From assembly GCA_964526385.1 (NCBI GenBank), contig CAZGJD010000004.1, forward strand, positions 10,010 through 74,009: DNA of 64,000 nt, read 5' to 3'. Origin of the DNA: an uncultured Candidatus Poseidoniales archaeon. Its GTDB lineage: Archaea > Thermoplasmatota > Poseidoniia > Poseidoniales > Poseidoniaceae. The translations under genes and the position numbers were made by a program. Numbering within the stretch: position 1 is the stretch's first letter; each line of letters opens with the position of its first letter. Below, one piece after another: positions 38,787 to 49,753 of the stretch. A model generated the notes under the pieces. The model had not been told where the DNA came from, ran no database searches, and was given only the letters and a program-made list of their open reading frames with translations.

Positions 38787-41700
38787 ATGAAAAAGCGTAG
38801 CAGGGTTTATTATGCCGGCCTCGCATCGTCAAAATCAATTTCACTTGTAGCTTTGATGTTGATTGCTTCATTATCTCCGTTACTTACTGCTCCCATAGTA
38901 AAGGCTCATGAGGGACCGAATGAAACGATATGGCCCAAGGAGGGTTCAGAAGACACTGGGTGGCATTACCTAAATGCAACGGGTGCTAATCCCTCCAATG
39001 GCTCTCAAGCCATCGCTGACTGGATGTTAAATTTCGCACCCGGCGCTCAATTAGAGAACGTCACAATGGAAATTCGGGTAGATGGTTCAGAAGATGTGAC
39101 AGCGTATAACCCGATGTTGATTTCCCCAGATACCGGCCAAGTTCTATTCGATTGGAATGGTAATGGTTGGCTTGGACAAACCTTTGAGTTCGATGCCAAC
39201 AATCCCCATCAGGGAAGATTATCTCCAAATGCAGATGTTGGAGCCACAGTTACCCTTCCTTCAGGGTCCGAAATTACTGATTTCATCCTTGAAGTTCTGT
39301 CTCCTGCAGACCCATTTACCTCGCTAATGCCAGTTGATGTCGACATCTCTGATTATGCCATTCACCCAGGTGACGGCAGAATGTATCTGGCGATTGAAGA
39401 TTACATTCTGATTCTCGATGCTAATTCTTCTCCAAATATCATTGATTTATTTAGAATCAATAACGCTGATGCTGATTCGATAATTTATGACCTCGAGATT
39501 GATACGACAAACAACCGAATGTTAGTAGCAACTTCGAATGATGGTATTCAATCAGTTAATTTGTCCGATACCTCATTCAACAGTGAACTACCTGAAGAGC
39601 CCTCTGGTAATAGTTTCACAGAACTTCACATTACCTCGACGGGAGTGCTAATGGCAATTAGCGAATCTGGTATTTTTAGGATAAATACCGCTGGAACAGG
39701 ATGGACTCTGGAACAAGCTGTAGACCCTGCAAACTGGCCGGCTGGAATCCCGTCCACTTCATTTGAGCACAACAACATCTTGTATGTAGCAATTAACGGA
39801 GGAGGTGTTGCAAGATGGGACATCACATCAAACTCGCCTCTATCGCCGTGGACGACTGCAAATGTTTTGCATTCGGATTACGTAACTGAATTCCTATTAG
39901 TTGGAAATCAGTTATTCATTTCATCGGAAGACAACGGTATTGCAAGGCATGACTTGAACGGCAATTTCTGGCTTGCTAATTGGAATAGTGGTAACTGGCT
40001 TACGTCTGATACTGTAGTGGGAATGACAATTACAAGCAATCAAGTACAAATCTTGACCACTGAAAATGTTCAATATTACAATACAAATTCGGGATCCTTC
40101 ACATCATCTACCTCGCTATCATCACTCGGATTCTTCAATGAAGGTTCAGACATACTATTTTGGCCGTCAACTGGTAGTAGAAGCCCAACTTCTGACACGG
40201 TTTTAGTTACTGACGGAAGTGCTACATTGGCAAAACTCGAGCCTGCTAACAGTCCAATATACGCCGGAGACTTGGTAATTGGTAGTGGGCCATCTTCAGG
40301 AAGCATGAACGATGCAATGCAATTCAACGGAGTGATATATGTTGGAAGTGAAAATTATCTCGACAGATACTCGATAAACCAAGCTAGATGGTTAACGTCA
40401 GTTGATGCTGGTTCAGAAATAACAGCGTTGGTAAACGATGGATTGAACATATATGTTGGTACAGAGGATGCTGGAGTCAAAGTTGTAAATCAGCAAGGTA
40501 TTATTATCGATACGTGGGATACAAATGACGGGTTTCCTGCAAACTCAATCACCGGAATAGATGTTGAAGGTGATTACGTCGCAGTCATACATCAACGAGA
40601 TGGTGCGACTGTTTTCAATAAATCAGACCCTTCCTCTGTGATTAATCTAGCCACTGGAAACAGCGAAATTGACTCCAACTCACCAACGGGTGTTGCTATT
40701 CATAATGGAGTTGCATACATTGGAACTGCAGACGATGGTTTGAATAGGTATGTAATCAGAAATAACACCTTCCTTGGCTCATGGGTCTCAACAGGAATAA
40801 ACGATGTAGACTATGCACCAGTAGCAGTATTCGGAACAAATCCACAGATACTACACCTTGGATTGCCTGGTTACGGTGTCGCGCGCAAAGACCTATCAAC
40901 TGGAGAAATCCTAACACCTTTGACTCAAGTTCCAGACAGAGGAAGTCCCGGTCAATACGAAATTTTGCCTAACAACTTCATTCTATCAATCGCAGCAAAC
41001 CAAAACCAAGGCACTCTCTTCATTGGAACTACAGATGGCGCCGTGATGTGGGATGGTAGTGGCGCTACAGATTTGACCACTGGCGGGTTCAATGGCGGAT
41101 GGGCTACTAATCCTTCACAACATTTTGGTTTCGTATTTGATGGTAGTACAACTTATTCTGCAACTAACATTGGGGTTTGTTACTATTCGCAAACAACAAT
41201 TCAGGATTGCATCAATGCTCAGGATGGAATGCCAAATTGGGGCGTTTATTCAATTGGAATAAACAGCACAACCGTATTCGGAGGGACTAATTCAGGAGTA
41301 GGGTTAATCGATAAATCATCAAAAACCGTTACCGGAACTTGGTCCGCAGGAGTTGTTTCGAATAATGCCTTGATCGAGATTATTGACGGTATCGCCTTCA
41401 TTGGTTTGGATGGACTTGGAGTTGCAAGATATGATATTGCAAATGATTCCTGGTTGACAACTTGGACAGAAAACAATGTTCTGGATGCTGGAAATGAAGA
41501 CATTACTGGAATGGTCGCTGACATCAGGCCCGGACATATTTGGGTTGGCGGAGCAGATGGTTTCCAATTAATCAACACCACGACCGGTGCAGAAGTTTAT
41601 GATATTGAGAAAACAAATTCTCTCTACATTGGCTCCGGCGACCCGTTTGACATGATGATTTACGGAGATACCCTATATTATCATCAACAATTCAGTTCCG

Positions 41701-44700
41701 ATAGTGTATACAGGATAGATATCGTAAATTTCACGAGCAAATCCATCCTAGATGCAGGCGCCCAAGTTGATGAAAATGGTGGCGACGTGTATACTTTGAA
41801 TATAATCGACGACCTACTGCATGTTTCGGTCGCAAGTGGCCAATGGTGGAATACTGAGGGAAGCGGTGGTATAGCAATATACAACCTTACATCAAACAAT
41901 TGGGAAAGTGAGCTTTTGGCCGAAGGTTCAGTTAACAGGGTAACATCCCACATCTCTTCAAACGGAATTGAATGGATTTCATGGGGAGAAGAAAAGCTGG
42001 AAGCATTTTACTCCAACGGTACGAAAATCGGACAATGGGATGATGCCGATATTGCATTCCCAGTCAGAGAGATTGTCGAGTATGACGGAGAAACTCTCTT
42101 TGCTACTGAGGACGGGGTTTCTAGATATAATGAGTCATCAATGCAGTGGCTTTCAACATGGCAACCCGGCTCTGGGCTTCCTAGCAGCGCAGATGATATC
42201 GTTTACGAGATGTGGACTGATGGGGGTAGCCTCGTTATCGGAACTGCGGCTCCTCAAGGTTGGAACGGAATAGATGGCGAAATATTACACCTTGATTCGA
42301 CAGGAACTTGGACCTCCTGGGATGGAGGTAGCAATGGAATTCCAAATGGATATCCAGTAGCCATGGAAGAGTGTAATGGTATGCTTCATGTGGCAATAAC
42401 CGCAAACAATGGTGGTGTTGCACGATTTGACCTTGCAAATAACACAATAAAGACATCTTTTACTGTCCAAAGACTAGATGACGGTTCAGCAGCAGCTGTT
42501 GCTTGTGATGATGCAAATAACATTCTTTACATAGGATACCGTGATCAAGGAGAGCCAATATCCAGATATGATTACAACACCAATAGTTGGCTGTCTTCTC
42601 TAACTTCTGCATCGCATAATATACCAAGCGACCCACTCTGGTGGGGAGCAATGGAATATTCGAATGGGAAATTAGCAATAGGATACGACATAGGTTCAAC
42701 AGGCGACAACGTGATTGGAGGCGGTTATGTCTTGATTTCCGCCAATGGCGCTACAGCAGGTATGGCGAGCATACTTTCAACAGGCTCTGCAGTAACGTCA
42801 ATTGATTGGATGGGAACGACTTTGTTAATTGGGCAAGCAGGTGGGACATCTGGATATTCTCATGTTGATACTTTGAACCAACTTGGACAGAATGTAATTT
42901 ACTCTTATCCAAGCCTAGTAAGCGGATTAATCACCGCTATTGCCGGTAATTCAACTCACCTTTGGGCAGCATCTGGTTCTTGGCAAAATACAGGCAGTGG
43001 ATTATTACAGGGAATCAGGAATGCTGACGGTTCAGTGACATGGCAGAAGGGTTGGACTATTCCAGCAAGTGCAGACCCATATGATATGGAATTAGTTGGT
43101 GAAATGCTTTACATTACCACAGATAATAGAGGCTTAAGCGTTCTTAACACTACTTCGGGTACCTTACAAAAATTATCCAATGGCATACACAGTTTCCACG
43201 ACCAAATTAAAAAAATCGGAGATGATTTATTTATTGGTTTGCAAGGCACAACCTCTACATCGGCGGGAATACAGGTCTACAATACTACCACCAAAAACTA
43301 CACTAGTGGAAAATTGATCGCTGGTTTACCATCTGATAATATCAATGGTTTTGTTTCAAGCTCTTCATCAAGCGGACAAGAGATGATTTACATCGCAACA
43401 GACAATGGAATAGGAAGGTGGAATAGCACCGGTTTCAAGTGGGAAACATCAATCACAGCACTCGATGGATTACCCATATCGTATACAGAGGACATCGTAG
43501 AGGACGGAAACGGTATTCTGTGGATTGCTACTCCCGCTGGACTATCGACCTACGACCCAGCTAATGGAGCAATATCGACAATTACGCCTTCAAACGGATT
43601 GATGGGGACTTCTACCTGGGGTTTAACCACATCAACAATTAATATTCAAGGCCAAGGTTCTCAAGAATACGTTTTCGTTTCACATGACGGTAGAGGAACT
43701 GATAGGCCCGGCGTATCGCAGGTAAATCCAAACTCGAATTCCGTTTCGGCTCAGCATCAATTTGACCAGTTACCATCAAATTCTGTCACTGCTGTGACAT
43801 CTGACCTGTGGGGAGTTCACATTGCTACGGACACTGGTCCGCTAACCCAGTGGGTTAGGGGAACGAACCAATTTTACTCAAGTGCTAATGTAGCATTAAT
43901 GGAAGATTGGCCAGTTTATTCAATGAGGTCTGATGGTAATTATCTAATCGCATTTGGTACAGATGGAGCTACGGTTTTGTCTGTAGGGAATGGATTTAGT
44001 TCTTCATCGATTCATTCAACCTATCAAGAATTTGATACAAATGGTGGAAGTGTTATCTCTAACTCTCTAGTCGTCATCACAACCTCTGATGGGCTCAAAA
44101 TTTACGATTTGAACAGTGGGGGGGAATATGAGACCACTACCTTGAGAAGAGCAGACCCACTCTCCTTAGGATTCCAAATGCAGTTCCAAGATGTTTCTAA
44201 TTACACCCACCCCGGCATGCAAGTCAATCTCGTTGAACAAGGCTCGAGCATCAATGTTTCAGAACAAGGATTTTCGGATTTGCATGGCATATTGATGCAA
44301 ACTGCCCCTCTTACATTTTCGTCGCCTGTTGGTGGCTCTGCGACATGGGCGAAGTTGGTGGAAATGAAGTGGAATGCTACGCTAAATCTCTCTTCAGACC
44401 CAAATTTACAATCAAGTCTGCAATATATCGTTGATAACGGGATTTTACTTAATGGTACGAGACACGTAAATCTTAGACTTCAGTCCAACGTCAACAGTAG
44501 CATGTGGGTAAAATTATCTTATGACTGGTATAGAACGGAAACGCCGATTCAAGGTATTTCTCTTTGGGATAGACCAGATGATGGTGGTTCTACATTAATG
44601 GCAAACTGGACTTTGGTACACGATGAGGATTTCTCACGGTATCTAGTCTTCCTCAACGAAGGGCCATGGGATTCCCAACCAACGATAGCTGACCTCCAGC

Positions 44701-47090
44701 CAAGAACACCTGATGCGTCGGTAAGCATTCACTCTCGCCTACAGACCGAAATATCGACCATGAACAGTATTGCTTTACAAGATGGAGTTGAGTATTATGC
44801 AGTTGTTGTTGTAGAATATAACGATGGAAGATTCGGCACACCATCTGCACCGTTTGGCCCTGCAACTCCAACAGATGAAGTCCCTGCTCCTCCGGAATGG
44901 GCTAACGCCTACACCGGTGAAGAATATGTTGCAGAGGATGGTGAGGTTTTCCTTGAATGGTCTCAATGTACCGCACTTGATCTCTCCAGCACAAGAGTCT
45001 ACGCTTCAAAGACAGACATTAGCGACGTTATTGGTTTACAAGTTCATTCTGAACTTGGTCCGCAGGTTGGCAATACTTCCACCATAATGTTAGAATCTGA
45101 TTCTGTATTTTGGTTAGGGCTCACATGCTTAGACAACAGTGGCCAGGAAGACCTTGCAAATGCTACTATTATCGGGCCAATTGTACCTAATGGTGGCATC
45201 AATGATGGCGTTCCTCCTCCAAAATTATCTGGAGTCTGGGCAGAAGATGTACCAAATGATGATGGGGGTCGCGTTCAGATAGGATGGATTGAATCCTCCG
45301 AAATCGATTGTGCTTTCGTTCGTGTTTACATGAGACCGATTTTAGATAATGAGGTAAATCCACCAACAAATGTTGACGATTTCTCATCTGCAGGAGTCGT
45401 GCCTGATTGTGATACAAATATGACCGTTGTTGACTCACTAAACGATTTCCCACTTGTTGATGGTCAAGATTACTGGATTGGAGCAGTAGCATTCGATAAG
45501 TGGTTAAATGGGGATACTGGAGATGTTACCATCCTTCAAGTTACTCCATATGTTAACAACATAAACGGTGCTTCAATACCGGAAAGAATTACTGAATTGA
45601 ATGCTTGGGACCATCCAGATGATGATGGGACTGCAATAGACGTCTCTTGGGCCCCATCTGAGGTCGATGATTTCGATTATTATGTAATCTGGGTTTCTGA
45701 ACATGACCTTTCAAACATCAGCGATTTTTGGCAAATATCTGGAACTGAGCCCGGCATTTGTGGTTGCGTAGTAATGGACAAACAGTGGATTGACACCTCC
45801 AAGAGTCCAATACAGCTAACTATCAACACCGCACTGTATGGAGGCGATGGTATAGGGGAAAGCCTCCCAGGCCAAATTGTTCCAAATGTTGAACTAAATG
45901 TAGCGATTACAGTACACGATATCAAAGGTAATGTCTTCCTCGATGATTTGAATACCGCAGTTGTTACTCCTGTAAACAATCTCAGAGACAGCCAGGCTCC
46001 TGCTAAATTGGAAGATATTTCTCTATATGACAGACCTAATGATGATGGCACGGCTGTAATGTTAGAGTTTGCATTGTCGGAGGATAGTGATGTTGCTTAT
46101 TACGAAATTTATGCGGCTGCCTACTCATTTACTTCTGTCGGGCAGGGCGGTGCTAATGGACCTACACTGCCAATTATGACTGTTGATAGAGACCCTCAAA
46201 TGCCAATTACGATCGAAATTCTTGCATTCGACACACTGGTTGTACCAAACCTGCCGGTAACTGTTGCTGTGGTTCCAGTCGATTGGGCGGGTAACGCAAT
46301 AAGAACAGACCTAGTTACAGCTACTGAAATTTCAATAGATGACGGAGTTGATGGAAATGGAGCATATCTTCCGGACATTGCTGGAATTGAGTTATCTTGG
46401 AATAATGGAGACATTATTGTTTCATGGGAACATACAGATGATTCATCTGTCAGAGGATATCAGATTTATATCTCAAGTGACGAATTCTCTTCAACAAATG
46501 ACGCTGATTTTGTAGGAGAGCAAGTGGTATCAAACTCCTTTACCATTTCAAGCCTAGATTATCCTGATTTAACAAATGATTCTTCGTGGTGGGTAGCAGT
46601 TTCAGCAATGGATGAAGTGTTCAACAAAGAAGATGTAGAATCGGTAATGATTGCCGCAGAAACAGATTCAGAGGTTGGGTCTGACCCTGAAGAAAGCCCG
46701 ACCAATGATCTCGGTGAAATTCTCACAACGGATAACCTTCTAATGGCCATGGCAGCACTAGTCATCCTAGTCCTGGTAGTCCTCGTTACGAGAGGCGGTG
46801 GAAGAAGTAAGAAGACCCGAGCGAAAGATTACGAATTACAAGAAGCGACTTGGGGTATACAAGCAAGAGAAGGATGGGATGATGTTGGAGCGTTTGGTGG
46901 TTTGAATACATCTCCAGTTGCTCCTCCACCACCTGCTGTTAAGCCGGTTGTCCAAAATGACATTTTTGCTGCAGCGGAAAGAATCCAGCAACCTGTGCAA
47001 AACCAACCTCAATTCGGTTTTGAACGACCACAACAACAGCAAACTCGACAGAATGAGATAGACACTTCTTTCTTGGATGACCTATTGTGA
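38787..47090 (+). CDS. giant (about 2770 aa) surface protein: signal peptide, many beta-propeller blades, five FN3-like modules, a C-terminal TM anchor and a Gln/Pro-rich tail
   Basis: The start is MKKRSRVYYAGL...; the ORF is open from TTG 38778. A recurrent blade motif G(V/I/L)(A/S/G/N)R(Y/W/F/H/K)(D/N/V) occurs (GVARWD, GIARHD, GLNRYV, GVARKD, GVARYD, GVSRYN, GVARFD, GIGRWN), as in Reg_prop-type propellers. C-terminal modules carry the D(R/H)P(D/N)DDG(G/T) motif. The TM is LLMAMAALVILVLVVLV. Confidence 0.85.
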   Translation: MKKRSRVYYAGLASSKSISLVALMLIASLSPLLTAPIVKAHEGPNETIWPKEGSEDTGWHYLNATGANPSNGSQAIADWMLNFAPGAQLENVTMEIRVDGSEDVTAYNPMLISPDTGQVLFDWNGNGWLGQTFEFDANNPHQGRLSPNADVGATVTLPSGSEITDFILEVLSPADPFTSLMPVDVDISDYAIHPGDGRMYLAIEDYILILDANSSPNIIDLFRINNADADSIIYDLEIDTTNNRMLVATSNDGIQSVNLSDTSFNSELPEEPSGNSFTELHITSTGVLMAISESGIFRINTAGTGWTLEQAVDPANWPAGIPSTSFEHNNILYVAINGGGVARWDITSNSPLSPWTTANVLHSDYVTEFLLVGNQLFISSEDNGIARHDLNGNFWLANWNSGNWLTSDTVVGMTITSNQVQILTTENVQYYNTNSGSFTSSTSLSSLGFFNEGSDILFWPSTGSRSPTSDTVLVTDGSATLAKLEPANSPIYAGDLVIGSGPSSGSMNDAMQFNGVIYVGSENYLDRYSINQARWLTSVDAGSEITALVNDGLNIYVGTEDAGVKVVNQQGIIIDTWDTNDGFPANSITGIDVEGDYVAVIHQRDGATVFNKSDPSSVINLATGNSEIDSNSPTGVAIHNGVAYIGTADDGLNRYVIRNNTFLGSWVSTGINDVDYAPVAVFGTNPQILHLGLPGYGVARKDLSTGEILTPLTQVPDRGSPGQYEILPNNFILSIAANQNQGTLFIGTTDGAVMWDGSGATDLTTGGFNGGWATNPSQHFGFVFDGSTTYSATNIGVCYYSQTTIQDCINAQDGMPNWGVYSIGINSTTVFGGTNSGVGLIDKSSKTVTGTWSAGVVSNNALIEIIDGIAFIGLDGLGVARYDIANDSWLTTWTENNVLDAGNEDITGMVADIRPGHIWVGGADGFQLINTTTGAEVYDIEKTNSLYIGSGDPFDMMIYGDTLYYHQQFSSDSVYRIDIVNFTSKSILDAGAQVDENGGDVYTLNIIDDLLHVSVASGQWWNTEGSGGIAIYNLTSNNWESELLAEGSVNRVTSHISSNGIEWISWGEEKLEAFYSNGTKIGQWDDADIAFPVREIVEYDGETLFATEDGVSRYNESSMQWLSTWQPGSGLPSSADDIVYEMWTDGGSLVIGTAAPQGWNGIDGEILHLDSTGTWTSWDGGSNGIPNGYPVAMEECNGMLHVAITANNGGVARFDLANNTIKTSFTVQRLDDGSAAAVACDDANNILYIGYRDQGEPISRYDYNTNSWLSSLTSASHNIPSDPLWWGAMEYSNGKLAIGYDIGSTGDNVIGGGYVLISANGATAGMASILSTGSAVTSIDWMGTTLLIGQAGGTSGYSHVDTLNQLGQNVIYSYPSLVSGLITAIAGNSTHLWAASGSWQNTGSGLLQGIRNADGSVTWQKGWTIPASADPYDMELVGEMLYITTDNRGLSVLNTTSGTLQKLSNGIHSFHDQIKKIGDDLFIGLQGTTSTSAGIQVYNTTTKNYTSGKLIAGLPSDNINGFVSSSSSSGQEMIYIATDNGIGRWNSTGFKWETSITALDGLPISYTEDIVEDGNGILWIATPAGLSTYDPANGAISTITPSNGLMGTSTWGLTTSTINIQGQGSQEYVFVSHDGRGTDRPGVSQVNPNSNSVSAQHQFDQLPSNSVTAVTSDLWGVHIATDTGPLTQWVRGTNQFYSSANVALMEDWPVYSMRSDGNYLIAFGTDGATVLSVGNGFSSSSIHSTYQEFDTNGGSVISNSLVVITTSDGLKIYDLNSGGEYETTTLRRADPLSLGFQMQFQDVSNYTHPGMQVNLVEQGSSINVSEQGFSDLHGILMQTAPLTFSSPVGGSATWAKLVEMKWNATLNLSSDPNLQSSLQYIVDNGILLNGTRHVNLRLQSNVNSSMWVKLSYDWYRTETPIQGISLWDRPDDGGSTLMANWTLVHDEDFSRYLVFLNEGPWDSQPTIADLQPRTPDASVSIHSRLQTEISTMNSIALQDGVEYYAVVVVEYNDGRFGTPSAPFGPATPTDEVPAPPEWANAYTGEEYVAEDGEVFLEWSQCTALDLSSTRVYASKTDISDVIGLQVHSELGPQVGNTSTIMLESDSVFWLGLTCLDNSGQEDLANATIIGPIVPNGGINDGVPPPKLSGVWAEDVPNDDGGRVQIGWIESSEIDCAFVRVYMRPILDNEVNPPTNVDDFSSAGVVPDCDTNMTVVDSLNDFPLVDGQDYWIGAVAFDKWLNGDTGDVTILQVTPYVNNINGASIPERITELNAWDHPDDDGTAIDVSWAPSEVDDFDYYVIWVSEHDLSNISDFWQISGTEPGICGCVVMDKQWIDTSKSPIQLTINTALYGGDGIGESLPGQIVPNVELNVAITVHDIKGNVFLDDLNTAVVTPVNNLRDSQAPAKLEDISLYDRPNDDGTAVMLEFALSEDSDVAYYEIYAAAYSFTSVGQGGANGPTLPIMTVDRDPQMPITIEILAFDTLVVPNLPVTVAVVPVDWAGNAIRTDLVTATEISIDDGVDGNGAYLPDIAGIELSWNNGDIIVSWEHTDDSSVRGYQIYISSDEFSSTNDADFVGEQVVSNSFTISSLDYPDLTNDSSWWVAVSAMDEVFNKEDVESVMIAAETDSEVGSDPEESPTNDLGEILTTDNLLMAMAALVILVLVVLVTRGGGRSKKTRAKDYELQEATWGIQAREGWDDVGAFGGLNTSPVAPPPPAVKPVVQNDIFAAAERIQQPVQNQPQFGFERPQQQQTRQNEIDTSFLDDLL

Positions 47091-47781
47091 TGGACTGATG
47101 AGTGGCCCGAAAAGCGCTGTCTTTACCACGGTGAGAGCCAAAAACGGGACTTTGTTTCACTTACCACAACATCTTGAACGCCTAGAAAAACATGCAAAAA
47201 TTCTCGGTATAGAATTACCGGATATTGAAATTCCCGAAGGTCTTGAAGGCTTAGTTAGAATCCAAATAGACAAAAATGGAATCAGTTATGATGTGAAACC
47301 GTTCTACCAGGAAGCACACATGGAAGCTGAAGGAATTTCATTTCCTGCGCCAAGATGGACTCGGAAAATTAACGGAACAAAGCACGGTGATTGGGAGCCT
47401 TATCGAGATATTACTAACCAAGTTTTTCAAAAAGGAGCTGATGTTGGCATCTTAATCCATGATTATTGTATCATCGATGGCGATAGAGTTACTCCGATTG
47501 TGTTAGACAATGATGGTATAGTTTGGATTTGTGAGGCATCACTTGGTGGTGTTGATTCAGTAACTTTTGCTGTTTGTAAACCATTCATTGAAAATGCTGG
47601 TTATGTAATATCAACAGGCAGATTAAATGAAAAATTAGTTGCGAACTGCAAGGAAATTGTCCTTCTTGGCTCTGGCATGGGTGCTGCTAGACTTGTGACA
47701 CTAGACGATGTGGATATTGGTGACGGGTCCAATAACCTCCAATCTATCTGCATAGAGGCATTAGGTGAGGATTGGCCATGA
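47077..47781 (+). CDS. pabC: class IV aminotransferase-fold protein, aminodeoxychorismate lyase-like
   Basis: LFHLPQHLERLEKHAKILGIEL and the overall fold-type-IV pattern. It lies immediately upstream of and overlaps the pabB-pabA fusion. The start overlaps the giant gene's stop by 14 nt; an alternative ATG is at 47098. Confidence 0.55.
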   Translation: MTYCDGLMSGPKSAVFTTVRAKNGTLFHLPQHLERLEKHAKILGIELPDIEIPEGLEGLVRIQIDKNGISYDVKPFYQEAHMEAEGISFPAPRWTRKINGTKHGDWEPYRDITNQVFQKGADVGILIHDYCIIDGDRVTPIVLDNDGIVWICEASLGGVDSVTFAVCKPFIENAGYVISTGRLNEKLVANCKEIVLLGSGMGAARLVTLDDVDIGDGSNNLQSICIEALGEDWP

Positions 47782-49727
47782 TTGATAGGTTGATATCCAC
47801 AAAAGGTGATAAGATATTATTTCTTTCCGGTGGTCCAAAATCACACCTTGCGACAAAAAACCTGTTTGCATCAGACCTTAACTTTCGGGTGGTAATTAAG
47901 CAACCGGAGATTGCACCACAAAGGACGCATTCTCCTCTTAATGGTGAAACCATTTTGGAGGGTAAAAAGCCTAATTTCAATGTTGAATTGCAAAATAGAT
48001 GCGGAGATATGTGGGAAACTATCGACCGATTTACTGAATCGAAATTAAATCAACTATTTCGGAAACTGGTACCACATACGCCTCTTGGAAGTAAGTGGGC
48101 AGGAGCCTTGGCGTATGATCTAGTACAGTGGACTCAGCCAATTAAACTTCAATATCCACCCCAAAAAGACACTGTTTTGGGAATTTTATGGTTGGTAGAT
48201 GAGTGGATTGAAGGAGACTGCATTATACCAGAAATTGACAATCCACAAAAAGTTGCAGACGAAACAACGTCACATTCTGAAGAGGAGCATGCAAAAATAG
48301 TTTCAAGAATTCAAGAATCGATTAATGCCGGAGAATTATATCAGTTAAACTTTGGAAGAACCTGGAACGGTAGCCTTGCGGAAGATCCAGCAACAATTTT
48401 TCATAGGCTTGCAATTAGTAACCCTGCACCGTTCAGTGGTTATATCGAAGCCCCAGATTTAGGTATTGCATTGGCTTCATCCTCACCTGAAATACTGCTT
48501 CAAACAAAAAGTGAGCATGTTATGACAGCACCAATTAAAGGAACAAGACCGAGGGGGGCAGATATCGACCAAGAAGCACTTCTCAGACAAGAATTAGTCT
48601 ACGATAAAAAAGAAAGAGCAGAACACAGAATGCTTGTTGATTTAGAAAGAAATGACCTTTCAATAGTATGCAACGCTGGGTCTGTAAAACAGACAAGATT
48701 TGATGTTGAAGCATACTCGAACGTTCAACATTTAGTTTCGCAAATTTCTGGAACTCTTAAGCAGGGTTGTGACGGATTGGATGCGCTACAAGCCCTTTTC
48801 CCGGGTGGAAGCATAACAGGATGTCCAAAAACTGTAGTGTGCGCTGCAATAGACGAGCTAGAAGGTAAGCCAAGGTCGTTTTGGACTGGATCAATGGGGT
48901 GGATAGATGTTCATTCTGGAGATTCTACTTGGAATATTATGATTAGAACTCTTGAGGCTCGAAAAGAAGATGATTCCTGGCATGGCTACGTTATGGCGGG
49001 TGGAGGCATCACCATTGACAGCAATCCGAACTCTGAGGTTGCAGAAGCCACATGGAAGGCGTCAGCTCTTAGGCGGGCATGTGGCTGGTTGAATGCCGAC
49101 AGTATTTCTGTGCCACAGGGAGATCTAGGCATTTACCCTCTTTATCTTGAGCAGAAGTTGCCCGAAGTCTTGAATAAATTTGACCTCGATGTAGCATTTA
49201 TTGACAATCTTGATTCTTTTAGTTATAATATCATTCACTATCTTGAAATTTTAGGCTGTAAAGTAGAAATTATTGATGGCAGGGGACCGGTAAGAGATTT
49301 CAGTCATGACGCAGTAATCATAGGACCAGGCCCTGGAAGGCCGGAAATTTCACCACTTAGTTTGCACGCCGCAAAACTTGATATTCCAGTTTTAGGAATT
49401 TGCTTTGGCCATCAAGCAATCGGATTAACAAGGGGGATGAAGCTTGAAGAGAGTCCGTTTGGAGCCGTTCACGGAGTCCCATCTGAGGTCCATTCGAACG
49501 GTTTGGGTTTGATTGAACGAGGAAAACATCTCATGACTAGATATAACTCACTTGTTCTTTCAGGTAATGGAAATTTGGAGATAACATCAACTGATGAAAC
49601 CGGTACGCTTCCTATGGAAATAATGGATGGCAAAACCTTCGGGATACAATTCCATCCCGAATCTATCGGGTCTGAAAACGGGATTGAAATCATAAGACGA
49701 TTTTTGCATATAGTAGCGCATTCTTGA
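47772..49727 (+). CDS. pabB: aminodeoxychorismate synthase, fused component I (chorismate-binding) and glutamine amidotransferase
   Basis: The chorismate-binding motifs are LYQLNFGR, MTAPIKGTRPRG, ERAEHRMLVDLERND and PGGSITGCPK. The C-terminal class-I GATase has LGICFGHQAI and GIQFHPES. Confidence 0.85.
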   Translation: MAMIDRLISTKGDKILFLSGGPKSHLATKNLFASDLNFRVVIKQPEIAPQRTHSPLNGETILEGKKPNFNVELQNRCGDMWETIDRFTESKLNQLFRKLVPHTPLGSKWAGALAYDLVQWTQPIKLQYPPQKDTVLGILWLVDEWIEGDCIIPEIDNPQKVADETTSHSEEEHAKIVSRIQESINAGELYQLNFGRTWNGSLAEDPATIFHRLAISNPAPFSGYIEAPDLGIALASSSPEILLQTKSEHVMTAPIKGTRPRGADIDQEALLRQELVYDKKERAEHRMLVDLERNDLSIVCNAGSVKQTRFDVEAYSNVQHLVSQISGTLKQGCDGLDALQALFPGGSITGCPKTVVCAAIDELEGKPRSFWTGSMGWIDVHSGDSTWNIMIRTLEARKEDDSWHGYVMAGGGITIDSNPNSEVAEATWKASALRRACGWLNADSISVPQGDLGIYPLYLEQKLPEVLNKFDLDVAFIDNLDSFSYNIIHYLEILGCKVEIIDGRGPVRDFSHDAVIIGPGPGRPEISPLSLHAAKLDIPVLGICFGHQAIGLTRGMKLEESPFGAVHGVPSEVHSNGLGLIERGKHLMTRYNSLVLSGNGNLEITSTDETGTLPMEIMDGKTFGIQFHPESIGSENGIEIIRRFLHIVAHS

Positions 49728-49753
49728 AGTGGGGTCTCTTTATCGCTTGATAC

